Origin: Nemertoderma westbladi
Taxonomy: Eukaryota > Animalia > Xenacoelomorpha
NCBI GenBank assembly: GCA_032718475.1
Contig: JAUCBJ010005435.1
Coordinates: forward strand, 1 to 64,000
DNA length: 64,000 bases
Direction: 5' to 3'
The notes beneath the pieces are model-generated. The model saw only the letters and a list, made by a program, of their open reading frames with translations. It ran no database searches and was not told the DNA's origin. Positions within the stretch are counted from its first letter, which is position 1. Each line of letters starts with the position of its first letter. Below, one piece after another: positions 41,001 to 56,000 of the stretch. The translations under genes and the position numbers were made by a program.

Positions 41001-44000
41001 TGTATCAATTGGATAGTGTCGGTTTATTGTGTCTGTCTATCATTGTATCAATTGGATAGTGTCGGTTTATTGTGTCTGTCTATCATTGTATCAATTGGTT
41101 AGTATCGGTTTATTGTGTCGTCTAACATTGTATCAATTGGATAGTGTCGGTTTATTGTGTCTGTCTATCATTGTATCAATTGGATAGTGTCGGTTTATTG
41201 TGTCGTCTAACATTGTATCAATTGGTTAGTGTCGGTTTATTGTGTCGTCTAACATTGTATCAATTGGATAGTGTCGGTTTATTGTGTCTGTCTATTATTG
41301 TATCAATTGGATAGTGTCGGTTTATTGTGTCGTCTAACATTGTATCAATTGGTTAGTGCCGGTTTATTGTGTCTGTCTAACATTGTTTCAATTGGTTAGT
41401 TTCGGTTTATTGTGTCTGTCTAACATTGTATCAATTGGTAGTGTCGGTTTATTGTGTATGCCTAACATTGTATCAATTGGTTAGTGTCGGTTTATTGTGT
41501 CTGTCTAACATTGTATCAATTGGTTAGTTTCGATTTATTGTGTCTGTCTAACATTGTATCAATTGGATAGTGTCGGTTTATTGTGTCTGTCTATCATTGT
41601 ATCAATTGGATAGTGTCGGTTTATTGTGTCGTCTAACATTGTATCAATTGGTTAGTGTCGGTTTATTGTGTCTGTCTAACATTGTTTCAATTGGTTAGTT
41701 TCGGTTTATTGTGTCTGTCTAACATTGTATCAATTGGTAGTGTCGGTTTATTGTGTATGCCTAACATTGTATCAATTGGTTAGTGTCGGTTTATTGTGTC
41801 TGTCTAACATTGTATCAATTGGTTAGTTTCGATTTATTGTGTCTGTCTAACATTGTTTCAATTGGTTAGTGTCGGTTTATTGTGTCTGTCAAACATTCTA
41901 TCAATTGGTTAGTGTCGGTTTATTGTGTCTGTCAAATATTCTATCAATTGGTAGTGTCGGTTTATTGTGTCTGTCTATCATTGTATCAATTGGTTAGTGT
42001 CGGTTTATTGTGTCTGTCTAACATTGTATCAATTGGTTAGTTTCGATTTATTGTGTCTGTCTAACATTGTTTCAATTGGTTAGTGTCGGTTTATTGTGTC
42101 TGTCAAACATTCTATCAATTGGTTAGTGTCGGTTTATTGTGTCTGTCAAATATTCTATCAATTGGTAGTGTCGGTTTATTGTGTCTGTCTATCATTGTAT
42201 CAATTGGTTAGTGTCGGTTTATTGTGTCTGTCTAACATTGTATCAATTGGTTAGTTTCGATTTATTGTGTCTGTCTAACATTGTTTCAATTGGTTAGTGT
42301 CGGTTTATTGTGTCTGTCAAACATTCTATCAATTGGTAGTGTCGGTTTATTGTGTCTGTCTATCATTGTATCAATTGGATAGTGTCGGTTTATTGTGTCT
42401 GTCTATCATTGTATCAATTGGTTAGTATCGGTTTATTGTGTCGTCTAACATTGTATCAATTGGATAGTGTCGGTTTATTGTGTCTGTCTATCATTGTATC
42501 AATTGGATAGTGTCGGTTTATTGTGTCGTCTAACATTGTATCAATTGGTTAGTGTCGGTTTATTGTGTCTGTCTAACATTGTTTCAATTGGTTAGTTTCG
42601 GTTTATTGTGTCTGTCTAACATTGTATCAATTGGTAGTGTCGGTTTATTGTGTCTGTCTAACATTGTATCAATTGGTTAGTGTCGGTTTATTGTGTATGT
42701 CAAACATTCTATCAATTGGTTAGTGCAATTAATAGTTTGTTTAATTTGGTAATGTGAACAGCCTTTTTACTCAGAAATGCAAAAATTCACGAATTCTCAA
42801 TTGATTACAAATTTACGCGCCCATTGGGAAAACCAAAGTTCAAGTCAACAATCCTAAAATATTCATATTAATTTACATTACAAAGTAAATTACCAAGGTC
42901 TCAGGTAACTCTTTGAATTAATGTGTTGTGGTAGCGGTTCGCACATTGATTTTCCCCAACCGGTTCATTAGTAAAGCAAAGAACTACGTATTTATTACTC
43001 CGTCAACCCTATGTGGGGTGGGGGGTGCGTTTCATAAAAAAATGAAACTTGCAGTTCGCTTCAGCTTCAGCGTATAATTAAGTTAAATATTTTTACAATC
43101 AACCAATTACATTGTAAAAATGTCCATTTTAGGTCATTCTGTGGATTATAGTAATTCTATGGCTTCGATTGAAACAGTTTATATTGAAGTTGAACGAACT
43201 TTGCATCAACTCAAGACGTCAGCCGATAATCATTTACAAGCGTTGGAGGAATGTATGAGGATGCGACTGTTCGATGACGAATACAATAAGGTACGTTAGG
43301 TGGCGTTACAAGTTTAGTATTATTGTAATCTATGAGTCGTTTTTTACAGGTGTAACTGAGCCTATTATTGAGAAATAAATAAGGGGCATACACAGTAACA
43401 GTACACACACACACAGGTCTTATTAAGGTATCATTGGTATTGGTAATTTAATTTAATTTTATTTTTAGATAATTCATTGGTTAGCCAGGAAAGGTGAGAG
43501 TTTCCTCAACCGTCTGGACCTTGGTGACTCTTTGACTTCTATTAAAGCTTCCGAGAAAGAGTTTGAGAAATTCTATTTCACTGCCATTGTAAGTTTTAAT
43601 TAATTGTTTCGTGAATGTTGCGTTAATGGCATTTAGAATGGACTTTTATTGATTGTAATTTATTACGAACACCAGTACATTACATAAAATAATAGCTTAG
43701 ACCAGCGTCACGTAAACTAATATTTTATTTGATTAGAAATATTGCGAGAAAGCTGAGGAATTAATCGAGGAAGGGTCGAGTTTGGCTTCGACTCCCACCG
43801 GCACAGCAACGGGAGTTCGAGATAAATGTAAATCGCTCAAGTTAAAACTCGCTAGTTTCTACAGAGCTTTGGAACGCAGACGAGCAGAGATAGACCAAAT
43901 GCTGAAACTACACCATTACATTGATTCGGTGAGGACATATATTAGTTTCCAGTCGTTCAGCTAAGTGCGTATTGTTTTACTTTGTCTTTCTGTTTTGGGT

Positions 44001-47000
44001 TTTTCCTCACTAGCAGGGTAAGCCTAAAGTCATTAGTTTGAAATGTTGTGCACCTGCATTTATATATGTTGTGCACCTGCATAGATATGCATTTATAACT
44101 TCATGCATATCTACCGGAACTTCAGAAACGGTCATGTAAATTAACTACAAAATTTTCCAACTGGTTATTTTCTTCCGATAGGCATTTGATTGGGCTCTGT
44201 CGGGAATGAAATACCTCGCCAAAATGAATATGCAACAAGTTATTAACGAAGATGGTTGTAAACGGTTGCTAAGATACCTGGAACGCTACCAACGGAAGCA
44301 TCCACCAATAGCGAACGATACCTTCAAGAAAATGTCGGATTTAGCTCAATCGATGGGTAGGTCTAGTCTCAATGTTAACATCCATCACTCAATTGTCCAT
44401 ATAGATTCAATTAATTTATAAGTTAAACAGGATGAAGAGAAGTCTACGGACACCATCAGGAGACACGGGTTGGAAATATGAATTCCGAAGTTCTAAAATT
44501 CATCTTATTTAACTTCAACTTCTATTAATCCAGAGTCCTGTTTAATCTTAGAACATTTCAGGAAGTTTCAATGTTTCCTTGGAATCTTAATTTATTGGTT
44601 GCATGTTTAACAATTCTTTTAGGTACTCAAAGAATTTTGCAGCAGGTAGAGTTCGCCCAATCCCGTTGCCGAGAAACCGAACAGTTGCTAAGGAAACGGA
44701 CTATGTCTCTAACGAAAGCCGCCAATCAGTTCCACGTGGAGGACGAACCTAGCAGCGCGAACTCTTCGTTCCACACGCAGCCGACGGCCGCCCAACCCGG
44801 CGACGGAGACAACCTCTCGATGTGCACCCACGTCGACGAGCAGGTCGTACCGGAGTACTCGATGGACGAAGCCTCCGAGTCGGAGAGTCTCCCGTCGGAT
44901 CGGTTCGCCCGCCGTCCCTCGCAACCGAGCGGCCACCGACCCTCCCAACCGCCCCCCATGCCGGTCTACTACCACCGTCGGACGGACTCGGCCCAGACGG
45001 ACCCCACCCCGGGACGATTAAACCCGTCGCCCCCCGGAGACCCGTCGCCCAGACAACCCGACATCACGGACTCGGTTCCTTCTCGTCTCCGCGGCCGCTC
45101 TCACTCCATGCAGGACCTCGGGCCCGACCGCTCTGACGACGACGTCGCCTCCAACCTACTGGAAGCGCAGCAACAGGCCGAGTTGCTGCAGATCGGGATC
45201 GATCCAAAGATAAACAATCAGTTGCCTAAGCGACCGGCAGCCAAGAAGGTTGGTTACACTTGGTCTATTTGCGGTAGTCTGTGTTCTCTATGTGTAGCGG
45301 TTGACGTACTAGCCATGCCGCATGGCGGTGCGGGTTGGAGGTATTAACGTTCACTAATTACAATCGTTCTCTTCCGTGGAATTATTTTTCATTTTCTTAA
45401 AATATTAATTATTTCTGGTTTTAATGCATCCCTATACTTCACACAGACAGAGTACCATATCCTTTGTTTCTGGTGTACGGGATATGCTAATATAATATGT
45501 GGCGGCATGTGTGTACGAGATTAACATATTGCTATGGTAACAATCTCTAAGGGTGCCGCCACACAAAGAATCAATGCCGATTATCGTATAATTCGGTGTA
45601 TTATGGCGCCATGTCATCGTAACTGACTCGATTACTGGGTTGTTTTAGGTAAATATGAGTCCGGCCCATGAGGAGAGCTCTATAATGACCCCGGTGGTAT
45701 CGGCACAGTTGCGGAACATCATGTCGGAACTCATACAAACCGAACGGGACTACATCTCTTCTTTAGACTATGTTATAGAACATTACGTGCCTCACACAGA
45801 CCGCAGTGACCTACCCCAAGGATTACGGGGCAGACGAACTGTCGTCTTCTGTAACATCGAGAAAATACGGGACTTCCACAAACATTACTTCCTATCCAGT
45901 ATTCAGGGTAAGTTATCACATGTTCTTCTTATTAAAATGTACTAATTACTGTACAGGATAATTTATACTAATTTAATTTAAAAATTATAATACTATCAAG
46001 CAAGACCAAAAAAACGTAAATTGTTTGGATAAAAATATTCGCAGCAGTTCCCTTGACTGCATAAGTTTTAATAATTAAATTAAATTATAATTATAATTAA
46101 CCAAGTATCAGTAGTTGGCATGGTTTATTTGGTTATGGTTAACATTAATGGTTAACACATAAAAAATATGGATCTTTAATAGTAACCTATTATGTTCTAG
46201 AATATGAAGATAACCCTTTGAATATTGGGGTTGCCTTCATACGACACGAGAAGAGTTTCAACCTCTACACTCTGTACAACAAGAATAAACCGTGTTCAGA
46301 CAGTCTGCTGGCGGATCACAGCGATTACTTCCACATAAAACAGAATGAACTTGGCGATAAACTCAATCTCGCGAGCTACTTACTCAAACCGGTGCAACGG
46401 ATGACCAAGTACGCCTTACTAATACAGGACCTACTTAAACATGCGCCACCTGGCGACAATCCCTCGAATAATCTAAAGTCTGCCCTCGATATGGTGCGAT
46501 TCACACTTCGTCATGGCAACGACTTGCTCGCTCTGGAGAGTCTAATGCATTGCGATTTTAATATCAACGAACAGGGGCAGTTATTGATGCAGGATGAATT
46601 CTTAGTATGGCAGGTAGGTGGCGCACCAAGAGTATTAGTAAACCCGCAGCAAATCAAATACAAATCCTTGTAAACCTCGCAGCATAATCTCAATGTTATA
46701 ATATTAATATGTTTCATGGTTTTTCTTTCAGGGGCGTAAGAAGTTTATGAGACACGTGTTCTTGTTTCAAGAATTAGTTGTGTTTAGTAAACGAAAGAAA
46801 AGCCGTAGAGGGGCTGATGTATATCACTATAAATCTAGTTACAAGGTGAGTATGGGACCATGTAGGGTGACAAGGTTAGTATGGGACCATGTAGGGTGAC
46901 AAGGTTAGTATGGGACCATGTAGGATGACAAGGTGAGTATGGGACCATGTAGGGTGACAAGGTGAGTATGGGACCGTGTAGGGTGACAGGTGAGTATGGG

Positions 47001-50000
47001 ACCGTGTAGGGTGACAAGGTGAGTATGGGACCATGTAGGGTGACAAGGTGAGTATGGGACCATGTAGGGTGACAAGGTGAGTATGGGACCATGTAGGGTG
47101 ACAAGGTGAGTATGGGACCGTGTAGGGTGACAAGGTGAGTATGGGACCATGTAGGGTGACAAGGTGAGTATGGGACCATGTAGGGTGACAAGGTGAGTAT
47201 GGGACCGTGTAGGGTGACAAGGTGAGTATGGGACCGTGTATGGTGACAAGGTGAATATGGGACCGTGTAGGGTGACAAGGTGAGTATGGGACCATGTAGG
47301 GTGACAAGGTGAGTATGGGACCGTGTATGGTGACAAGGTGAATATGGGACCGTGTAGGGTGACAAGGTGAGTATGGGACCATGTAGGGTGACAAGGTGAG
47401 TATGGGACCGTGTAGGGTGACAAGGTGAGTATGGGACCGTGTAGGGTGACAAGGTGAGTATGGGACCGTCTAGGGTGACAAGGTGAGTATGGGACCATGT
47501 AGAGTGACAAGGTCCATGTAGGGTGACAAAGGTGAGTATGGGACCATGTAGGGTGACAAGGTGAGTATGGGACCATGTAGGGTGACAATGTGAGTATGGG
47601 ACCATGTAGGGTGACAAGGTGAGTATGGGACCGTGTAGGGCGACAAGGTGAGTATGGGACCGTCTAGGGTGACAAGGTGAGTATGGGACCATGTAGAGTG
47701 ACAAGGTCCATGTAGGGTGACAAAGGTGAGTATGGGACCATGTAGGGTGACAAGGTGAGTATGGGACCATGTAGGGTGACAAGGTGAGTATGGGACCATG
47801 TAGGGTGACAAAGGTGAGTATGGGACCATGTAGGGTGACAAGGTGAGTATGGGACCATGTAGGGTGACAAGGTGAGTATGGGACCATGTAGGGTGACAAA
47901 GGTGAGTATGGGACCATGTAGGGTGACAAGGTGAGTATGGGACCATGTAGGGTGACAAGGTGAGTATGGGACCATGTAGGGTGACAAGGTGAGTATGGGA
48001 CCGTGTAGGGTGACAAGGTGAGTATGGGACCATGTAGGGTGACAAGGTGAGTATGGGACCATGTAGGGTGACAAGGTGAGTATGGGACCATGTAGGGTGA
48101 CAAGGTGAGTATGGGACCATGTAGGGTGACAAAGGTGAGTATGGGACCATTTAGGGTGACAAGGTGAGTATGGGACCATGTAGGGTGACAAGGTGAGTAT
48201 GGGACCATGTAGGGTGACAAGGTGAGTATGGGACCGTGTAGGGTGACAAGGTGAGTATGGGACCGTGTAGGGTGACAAGGTGAGTATGGGACCGTGTAGG
48301 GTGACAAGGTGAGTATGGGACCGTGTAGGGTGACAAGGTGAGTATGGGACCATGTAGGGCGACAAGGTGAGTATGGGACCATGTAGGGCGACAAGGTGAT
48401 TATGGGACCATGTAGGGTGACAAGGTGAGTATGGGACCATGTAGGGTGACAAGGTGAGTATGGGACCATGTAGGGTGATAAGGTGAGTATGGGACCATGT
48501 AGGGTGACAAGGTAAGTATGGGACCATGTAGGGTGACAAGGTGAGTATGGGACCATGTAGGGTGACAATGTGAGTATGGGACCATGTAGGGTGACAAGGT
48601 GAGTATGGGACCATGTAGGGTGACAAGGTGAGTATGGGACCATGTAGGGTGACAAGGTGAGTATGGGACCATGTAGGGTGACAAGGTGAGTATGGGACCA
48701 TGTAGGGTGACAAGGTGAGTATGGGACCATGTAGGGTGACAAGGTGAGTATGGGACCATGTAGGGTGACAAGGTGAGTATGGGACCGTGTAGGGTGACAA
48801 GGTGAGTATGGGACCATGTAGGGTGACAAGGTGAGTATGGGACCATGTAGGGTGACAAGGTGAGTATGGGACCGTGTAGGGTGACAAGGTGAGTATGGGA
48901 CCGTGTATGGTGACAAGGTGAATATGGGACCGTGTAGGGTGACAAGGTGAGTATGGGACCATGTAGGGTGACAAGGTGAGTATGGGACCGTGTATGGTGA
49001 CAAGGTGAATATGGGACCGTGTAGGGTGACAAGGTGAGTATGGGACCGTGTAGGGTGACAAGGTGAGTATGGGACCATGTAGGGTGACAAGGTGAGTATG
49101 GGACCATGTAGGGTGATAAGGTGAGTATGGGACCGTGTAGGGTGACAAGGTGAGTATGGGACCATGTAGGGTGACAAGGTGAGTATGGGACCGTGTAGGG
49201 TGACAAGGTGAGTATGGGACCGTGTAGGGTGACAAGGTGAGTATGGGACCATGTAGGGTGACAAGGTGAGTATGGGACCGTGTAGGGTGACAAGGTGAGT
49301 ATGGGACCATGTAGGGTGACAAGGTGAGTGAGTATGGGACCGTGTAGGGTGACAAGGTGAGTATGGGACCATGTAGGGTGACAAGGTGAGTATGGGACCG
49401 TGTAGGGTGACAAGGTGAGTATGGGACCGTGTAGGGTGACAAGGTGAGTATGGGACCGTGTAGGGTGACAAGGTGAGTATGGGACCATGTAGGGTGACAA
49501 GGTGAGTATGGGACCGTGTAGGGTGACAAGGTGAGTATGGGACCGTGTAGGGTAACAAGGTGAGTATGGGACCATGTAGGGTGACAAGGTGAGTATGGGG
49601 CCGTGTAGGGTGACAAGGTGAGTATGGGACCATGTAGGGTGACAAGGTGAGTATGGGACCATGTAGGGTGACAAGGTGAGTATGGGACCGTGTATGGTGA
49701 CAAGGTGAGCATGGGACCGTGTAGGGTGACAAGGTGAGTATGGGACCGTGTAGGGCGACAAGGTGAGTATGGGACCATGTAGGGTGACAAGGTGAGTATG
49801 GGTCCGTGTAGGGTGACAAGGTGAGTATGGGACCGTGTAGGGTGACAAGGTGAGTGTGGGACCGTGTAGGGCGACAAGGTGAGTATGGGACCGTGTAGGG
49901 TGACAAGGTGAGTATGGGACCGTGTATGGTGACAAGGTGAGCATGGGAGCGTGTAGGGTGACAAGGTGAGTATGGGACCGTGTAGGGCGACAAGGTGAGT

Positions 50001-53000
50001 ATGGGACCATGTAGGGCGACAAGGTGAGTATGGGACCGTGTAGGGTGACTAGGTGAGTATGGGACCATGTAGGGTGACAAGGTGAGTATGGGACCATGTA
50101 GGGTGACAAGGTGAGTATGGGACCGTGTAGGGTGACAAGGTGAGTGTGGGACCGTGTAGGGCGACAAGGTGAGTATGGGACCGTGTAGGGTGACAATGTG
50201 AGTATGGGACCATGTAGGGCGACAAGGTGAGTATGGGACCGTGTAGGGTGACAAGGTGAGTATGGGACCGTGTAGGGTGACAAGGTGAGCATGGGACCGT
50301 GTAGGGCGACAAGGTGAGTATGGGACCGTGTATAGGGTGACAAGGTGAGTATGGGACCGTGTAGGGTGACAAGGTGAGTATGGGACCGTGTAGGGTGACA
50401 AGGTGAGTATGTGACCGTGTAGGGCGACAAGGTGAGTATGGGACCGTGTAGGGTGACAAGGTGAGTATGGGAGGACCATGTAGGGTGACAAAGGTGAGTA
50501 TGGGACCGTGTATGGTGACAAGGTGAGTATGGGACCGTGTAGGGTGACAAGGTGAGTATGGGACCATGTAGGGTGACAAGGTGAGTATGGGACCGTGTAT
50601 GGTGACAAGGTGAGTATGGGACCGTGTATAGGGTGACAAGGTGAGTATGGGACCATGTAGGGTGACAAGGTGAGTATGGGACCGTGTAGGGTGACAAGGT
50701 GAGTATGGGACCGTGTAGGGTGACAAGGTGAGTATGGGACCGTGTAGGGTGACAAGGTGAGTATGGGAGGACCATGTAGGGTGACAAAGGTGAGTATGGG
50801 ACCGTGTATGGTGACAAGGTGAGTATGGGACCATGTAGGGTGACAAGGTGAGTATGGGACCGTGTAGGGTGACAAGGTGAGTATGGGACCGTGTAGGGTG
50901 ACAAGGTGAGTATGGGACCGTGTAGGGTGACAAGGTGAGTATGGGAGGACCATGTAGGGTGACAAAGGTGAGTATGGGACCGTGTAGGGCGACAAAGTGA
51001 GTATGGGACCGTGTAGGGTGACAAGGTGAGTATGGGACCGTGTATGGTGACAAGGTGGGTATGGGACCGTGTATAGGGTGACAAGGTGAGTATGGGACCA
51101 TGTAGGGTGAAAAGGTGAGTATGGGACCGTGTAGGGTGACAAGGTGAGTATGGGACCGTGTAGGGTGACAAGGTGAGTATGGGAGGACCATGTAGGGTGA
51201 CAAAGGTGAGTATGGGACCGTGTATGGTGACAAGGTGAGTATGGGACCGTGTAGGGTGACAAGGTGAGTATGGGACCATGTAGGGTGACAAGGTGAGTAT
51301 GGGACCATGTAGGGTGACAAGGTGAGTATGGGACCGTGTATGGTGACAAGGTGGGTATGGGACCGTGTATAGGGTGACAAGGTGAGTATGGGACCATGTA
51401 GGGTGACAAGGTGAGTATGGGACCGTGTAGGGTGACAAGGTGAGTATGGGACCGTGTAGGGTGACAAGGTGAGTATGGGACCTTGTAGGGTGACAATGTG
51501 AGTATGGGAGGACCATGTAGGGTGACAAAGGTGAGTATGGGACCGTGTATGGTGACAAGGTGAGTATGGGACCATGTAGGGTGACAAGGTGAGTATGGGA
51601 CCGTGTAGGGTGACAAGGTGAGTATGGGACCATGTAGGGTGACAAGGTGAGTATGGGACCGTGTAGGGTGACAAGGTGAGTATGGGAGGACCATTTAGGG
51701 TGACAAAGGTGAGTATGGGACCGTGTATGGTGACAAGGTGAGTATGGGACCATGTAGGGTGACAAGGTGAGTATGGGACCGTGTATGGTGACAAGGTGGG
51801 TATGGGACCGTGTATAGGGTGACAAGGTGAGTATGGGACCATGTAGGGTGAAAAGGTGAGTATGGGACCGTGTAGGGTGACAAGGTGAGTATGGGACCAT
51901 GTAGGGTGACAAAGTGAGTATGGGACCGTGTAGGGTGACAAGGTGAGTATGGGACCATGTAGGGTGACAAGGTGAGTATGGGACCGTGTAGGGTGACAAG
52001 GTGAGTATGGGACCGTGTAGGGTGACAAGGTGAGTATGGGACCGTGTAGTGTGACAAGGTGAGTATGGGACCATGTAGGGTGACAAGGTGAGTATGGGAC
52101 CGTGTAGGGTGACAAGGTGAGTATGGGACCGTGTAGGGTGACAAGGTGAGTATGGGACCATGTAGGGTGACAAGGTGAGTATGGGACCGTGTAGGGTAAC
52201 AAGGTGAGTATGGGACCATGTAGGGTGACAGGTGAGTATGGGACCATGTAGGGTGACAAGGTGAGTATGGGACCGTGTATGGTGACAAGGTGAGCATGGG
52301 ACCGTGTAGGGTGACAAGGTGAGTATGGGACCGTGTAGGGCGACAAGGTGAGTATGGGACCATGTAGGGTGACAAGGTGAGTATGGGACCGTGTAGGGTG
52401 ACAAGGTGAGTATAGGACCGTGTAGGGTGACAAGGTGAGTATGGGACCGTGTAGGGCGACAAGGTGAGTATGGGACCGTGTACGGTGACAAGGTGAGTAT
52501 GGGACCATGTAGGGTGACAAGGTGAGTATGGGACCGTGTAGGGTGACAAGGTGGGTATGGGACCGTGTATGGTGACAAGGTGAGCATGGGACCGTGTAGG
52601 GTGACAAGGTGGGTATGGGACCGTGTATGGTGACAAGGTGAGCATGGGACCGTGTAGGGTGACAAGGTGAGTATGGGACCGTGTAGGGCGACAAGGTGAG
52701 TATGGGACCATGTAGGGTGACAAGGTGAGTATGGGACCGTGTAGGGTGACAAGGTGAGTATGGGACCGTGTAGGGTGACAAGGTGAGTATGGGACCGTGT
52801 AGGGTGACAAGGTGAGTATGGGACCGTGTAGGGCGACAAGGTGAGTATGGGACCATGTAGGGTGACAAGGTGAGTATGGGACCGTGTAGGGTGACAAGGT
52901 GAGTATGGGACCGTGTATGGTGACAGGTGAATATGGGACCGTGTAGGGTGACAAGGTGAGTATGGGACCATGTAGGGTGACAAGGTGAGTATGGGACCAT

Positions 53001-56000
53001 GTAGGGTGACAAGGTGAGTATGGGACCGTCAAGGTGAGTATGGGACCGTGTATGGTGCAATTAGTTTAAGTTAATAGATTATCGGTAAATGGCATTAATT
53101 AATTAATATATTACATGCGTATATACCAGTGCAATATTTGGTTATAATGGCCATACCGGGTATTTAATTGTATACCTCACTAATTTACCGCCTATACTAA
53201 GTTTATTTTCATATTATAATCCTTTAACTGAGGAATTCATCATACTAATTGTTTGTTTGTCGGTTTTTTTGGTTTGTACTGTAAGTAAATTCTTTCTTAT
53301 CATTTTGTAGATGTCCGAATTGGGTTTGACTCAGACCATCGGTGACTCTGGTTATAAGTTCGGGATTTGGTTCCGTCGATATACCTCGGCTGATAGTTTC
53401 ACTTTACAGGCCAAAAGTAGCGAAGTTAAGGAAATCTGGGTCGCCGAGTTAACCAACCTATTACTTCATCAGGTTAGCCGAGTTAGCCAACCTATTACTT
53501 CATCAGGTTAGCCGAGTTAGCCAACCTATTACTTCATCAGGTTAGCCGAGTTAGCCAACCTATTACTTCATCAGGTTAGCCGAGTTAACCAACCTATTAC
53601 TTCATCAGGTTAGCCGAGTTAGCCAACCTATTACTTCATCAGGTTAGCCGAGTTAGCCAACCTATTACTTCATCAGGTTAGCCGAGTTAGCCAACCTATT
53701 ACTTCATCAGGTTAGCCGAGTTAGCCAACCTATTACTTCATCAGGTTAACCGAGTTAACCAACCTATTACTCCATCAGGTTAGCCGAGTTAGCCAACCTA
53801 TTACTTCATCAGGTTAGCCGAGTTAACCAACCTATTACTTCATCAGGTTAGCCGAGTTAGCCAACCTATTACTTGATCAGGTTAGCCGAGTTAGCCAACC
53901 TATTACTTGATCAGGTTAGCCGAGTTAGCCAACCTATTACTTCATCAGGTTAGCCGAGTTAACCAACCTATTACTTCATCAGGTTAGCCGAGTTAACCAA
54001 CCTATTACTTCATCAGGTTAGCCGAGTTAGCCAACCTATTACTTCATCAGGTTAGCCGAGTTAGCCAACCTATTACTTGATCAGGTTAGCCGAGTTAACC
54101 AACCTATTACTTCATCAGGTTAGCCGATTTAGCCAACCTATTACTTCATCAGGTTATCCGAGTTAGCCAACCTATTACTTCATCAGGTTAGCCGAGTTAG
54201 CCAACCTATTACTTGATCAGGTTAGCCGAGTTAGCCAACCTATTACTTGATCAGGTTAGCCGAGTTAACCAACCTATTACTTGATCTGGTTAGCCGAGTT
54301 AACCAACCTATTACTTCATCAGGTTAGCCGAGTTAGCCAACCTATTACTTGATCAGGTTAGCAGAGTTAGCCAACCTATTACTTGATCAGGTTAGACGAG
54401 TTAACCAACCTATTACTTGATCAGGTTAGCCGAGTTAACCAACCTATTACTTCATCAGGTTAGCCGAGTTAGCCAACCTATTACTTGATCAGGTTAGCCG
54501 AGTTAGCCAACCTATTACTTGATCAGGTTAGCCGAGTTAACCAACCTATTACTTGATCAGGTTAGCCGAGTTAACCAACCTATTACTTCATCAGGTTAGC
54601 CGAGTTAACCAACCTATTACTTCATCAGGTTAGCCGAGTTAACCAACCTATTACTTCATCAGGTTAGCCGAGTTAACCAACCTATTACTTGATCAGATTA
54701 GCAGAGTTAACCAACCTATTACTTCATCAGGTTAGCCGAGTTAGCCAACCTATTACTTCATCAGATTAATTAATAACCTACAACTTAATCTTTATTCACT
54801 AATTACTAATTTTTTATTACATATCCATTTATATATCATTTACATTTACTCTTTTTATAGCGACTTATATGTTATTTATTCACTATATTTATAAATTGTT
54901 CAATTACGATTTATAATTTTTTTTATTAACTAACTATTTTAATTTTAATTACTCAGTAACGAACTATTAGATACTCAATAACGAACTATTAATTATTTAG
55001 TAAGGAGTATTTAGCAAGAAAATAAAAAATTAAGTATTAAAAATAGTATATTTTCTAGCACAAAATAAGCCATGCTTCTGTGTTCGGAAATGTTGGCGCC
55101 TATGAAGTGGCTATAGTATTTAGTATAGTGGGGTCTGTGGCTGGGGGGGGGGGGGGGGGTGGTGGTATCAAGTATAGTCTTAGTATAATTAATAGTAGTA
55201 TGCAGTTTTAATATTGTTGTTTAATTGTTATATATTATATTATATTATGAGTTATTAAGATTGTCTGAACGTTTGTTTTCAGGCGATGAGGAACCGGGAA
55301 CGCCAACTATCTGAGAATAATGCGATGGGAGTTGGAAGTAAACCATCGCTGACTCTAAAGAACAGTTCGTCCAGTATAACCAACAGAGCGCTGGCCTACC
55401 TGAAAACAGGCCGAGGTAAGTATAACCAACAGAGCCCTGGCCTACCTGAAAACAGGCCGAGGTAAGTATAACAAACAGAGCGCTGGCCTACCTGAAAACA
55501 GGCCGAGGTAAGTATAACCAACAGAGCGCTGGCCTACCTGAAAACAGGCCGAGGTAAGTATAACCAACAGAGCGCTGACCTACCTGAAAACAGGCCGAGG
55601 TAAGTATAACCAACAGAGCGCTGACCTACCTGAAAACAGGCCGAGGTAAGTATAACCAACAGAGCGCTGGCCTATACCTGAAAACAGGCCGAGGTAAGTA
55701 TAACCAACAGAGCGCTGGCCTTTCTGAAAACAGGCCGAGGTAAGTATAACCAACAGAGCGCTGGCCTACCTGAAAACAGGCCGAGGTAAGTATAACCAAC
55801 AGAGCGCTGGCCTATACCTGAAAACAGGCCGAGGTAAGTATAACCAACAGAGCGCTGGCCTTTCTGAAAACAGGCCGAGGTAAGTATAACCAACAGAGCG
55901 CTGGCCTACCTGAAAACAGGCCGAGGTAAGTATAACCAACAGAGCGCTGACCTACCTGAAAACAGGCCGAGGTAAGTATAACCAACAGAGCGCTGACCTA

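Noticed and set aside
46835-53060. Very long minus-strand ORFs (up to 1619 aa, HGPILTLSPY..)
   Set aside because: Artefact of the 29-bp unit lacking stops on the minus strand; all three frames give the same periodic peptide, and the region is an intron of the plus-strand gene.
53443-54764. CUGAUGA hammerhead box on the minus strand of each 34-bp unit
   Set aside because: No downstream GAAA box or stem II; the sequence is simply the exon codons CTT CAT CAG.
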